From contig CP068257.2 in assembly GCA_009914755.4 (NCBI GenBank), positions 30,080,001 through 30,144,000 on the forward strand: a stretch of DNA of 64,000 nucleotides, written 5' to 3'. Both the position numbers and the translations under genes were made by a program. The notes under the pieces are model-generated. The model made no database searches, was not told where the DNA came from, and worked only from the letters and a program-made list of their open reading frames with translations. This DNA comes from the human T2T-CHM13v2.0 reference genome, Homo sapiens. Shown in pieces: positions 62,421 to 64,000 of this stretch (positions are counted from its first letter, which is position 1; each line of letters begins with the position of its first letter).

Positions 62421-63502
62421 AAAAGAAAAGAAAGCATTTCTTGAATACCAAGAAACCCAAGATATGACAGCTGATGCACATGAGGCTGTGTCCCTTCGTG
62501 CAGTGAGGTGGCAAGGCCTGAACAGGCGGATGTGGCCTCTCAGGAAACTTGTCCATGATTTCTGCCTTCCTCCCCTGGGGCAGTCCTGCTTGGTTGTGTA
62601 GGAGGCAAAGGAAACTGATGGCTTGGGAAAAGTCCTGTTGATACGAAACTAACCTGTTTAAAATTTAGTGAGATTCAAGTTGTCTCTGAAAAGTAACATT
62701 TAGGCTAGTCCTGTTGGATTGTGCTTCCACCCTACTATATGCGTAACCTGTTCCTACTATAAGCAGCACTCAGCATTTACATCTGGTTTTACAGGGACCA
62801 AGGACCCATTACCATTAATGATCTGCCAAGCCACACAACAGTTCTGTGGAGGCAGATAATGATGTCCAATTTACAGACAAAGAGGGTTAGATTTGAAGAT
62901 GCACCGTACTTTTCCTGGGGCCAGATCCTTTTACCAGACACAGGGAAATACATTAGAATTTTCAAGTATGTAACTCTTTGCTTTTTTGCAAGCCATGCAT
63001 CCTGTTGGGTGCATTCCAAAGATTGTGGATTCTATTGGTGGATACCAACTCATACACAAAAGAGAAACTGTAGGAATTCTGCCCAAAAAGGAGGCCGTGT
63101 CTTGCTAGGCCCTCGGGTCTCTGTAGGGATGCACCTGTTGATGTCCTCTGGCCTCTTGTCCATCTTACCTGGTAAGGGGCTTCTCCCCTCTAACCCCCCC
63201 TCCCCTCACCTAATGGATCTTCCCTAAACCTAGCTTTTATCTGGTCAGTCCTTTGGAAGTTTCCAGAGTAAGAAATATGAATAAAGGGAACATGTGTACA
63301 CAACTAGGGGGACAGTGAGTCCATTAGATCATTTCAGAAAACAATTTCAGAGAACCTAGGAAAGCTGGAGGCGCCCTGCCATCCAGAAGCCCTTGCACGT
63401 TCTCAACAGACAACACACATAAGAACATCCTGGCAGCATTTTTATTAGAGCAGAAATATGGAAATCAATCCAAAGTTTCGTTAATCAGATGAAAAAGTAT
63501 GA

Positions 63503-63576
63503 GATATGTTCTCTAGTGGTGCTAGAGAACAATGGAGATGATATGTTCTCTAGTGGTGCTAGAGAACAATGGAGAA
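63503..63576. repeat. 2 x 37-bp tandem duplication, each unit containing an 8-bp-arm palindrome
   Basis: 'gatatgttctctagtggtgctagagaacaatggaga' at 63503-63538 and again at 63540-63575; inside each, 'ttctctag-tggtg-ctagagaa' is a perfect inverted repeat. Confidence 0.9.
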
Positions 63577-64000
63577 GAATGAACCAGAGCCAACACCTCA
63601 CTGTGGGTGAATCTCTAGAACACAAAGTTGAATGAAGAAGGAAAGTCATGGAAAAATATGCACAGTAAGATCCTATTTATATAAGGTTTGGAAATAGGTG
63701 AACTAAACAGTGTCTGTGGGGAACAGACAAATGCAGTTAAACTATCAAAATAAACAAGAGAATGATGAGTGTCTAAATCAGACTGAGTGGTTTCCTTTGA
63801 GGGGATGGGAGGGACAGAGACCAGGGAGGGGACTGCAAGGGTTTACTTCTTTGGTGATGTTCAGTTGCCTAAGCTGGGTAATAGGTCCCTAAGGATTCAT
63901 TTTATTATTATCCTGCAAATCTTGCATCTGACTACACACAAACACCTGCATACATAAGTATTCTTTACTTTGCATGACATATTTTGTAATGAAAAAATAC

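Overview
This window is primate (human-type) nuclear DNA, not a prokaryotic locus. It is densely packed with retroposon debris, so there is no operon- or defence-island-style 'system' to find.

Repeats. I can delimit about 50 Alu SINEs, most with poly-A/T tails and target-site duplications (TSDs). There are also several MIR copies, three MaLR (THE1/MST-type) LTRs, and several LINE-1 fragments. One L1 fragment is an ancient antisense L1 of about 5 kb at 26.5-31.4 kb, broken up by at least seven later Alu insertions. Microsatellites and polypurine tracts are scattered throughout.

The one clear gene signal is a CpG island of about 1.9 kb at roughly 18.8-20.7 kb. On the minus strand it holds an ATG in good Kozak context. 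The ATG is followed by 10 codons, MDAVNAFNQE, and then a canonical GTAAGG splice donor at 19,649-19,654. That N-terminus matches, from memory, the start of human SCAF4 (SR-related CTD-associated factor 4, chr21q22.11). If so, positions 1 to about 19,650 are SCAF4 intron 1, read right to left, and positions above about 20,000 are upstream or intergenic sequence, possibly with divergent transcription. I did not find exon 2 by eye.

Almost all six-frame ORFs in the supplied track are Alu, L1 or MaLR translations, or stop-poor GC-rich reading frames inside the CpG island. None looks like a real gene. I found no tRNA or rRNA, and no CRISPR-like arrays.

The structures I would look at again are:
- a perfect 4 x 33-bp tandem array born inside an L1 (29,616-29,744);
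- an Alu carrying a duplicated left monomer (24,402-24,828);
- an Alu nested inside an older Alu (38,285-38,906);
- a full-length MaLR element with both LTRs (53,117-55,299);
- an inverted pair of a TIR-bearing MITE-like repeat (39,978-40,215 and 41,668-41,893);
- young AluY copies with perfect TSDs (33,056-33,351 and 59,003-59,301);
- a (GT)n(GC)n Z-DNA-type tract (11,599-11,642);
- H-DNA-type polypyrimidine tracts of about 150-200 bp (47,818-47,970 and 49,027-49,222).
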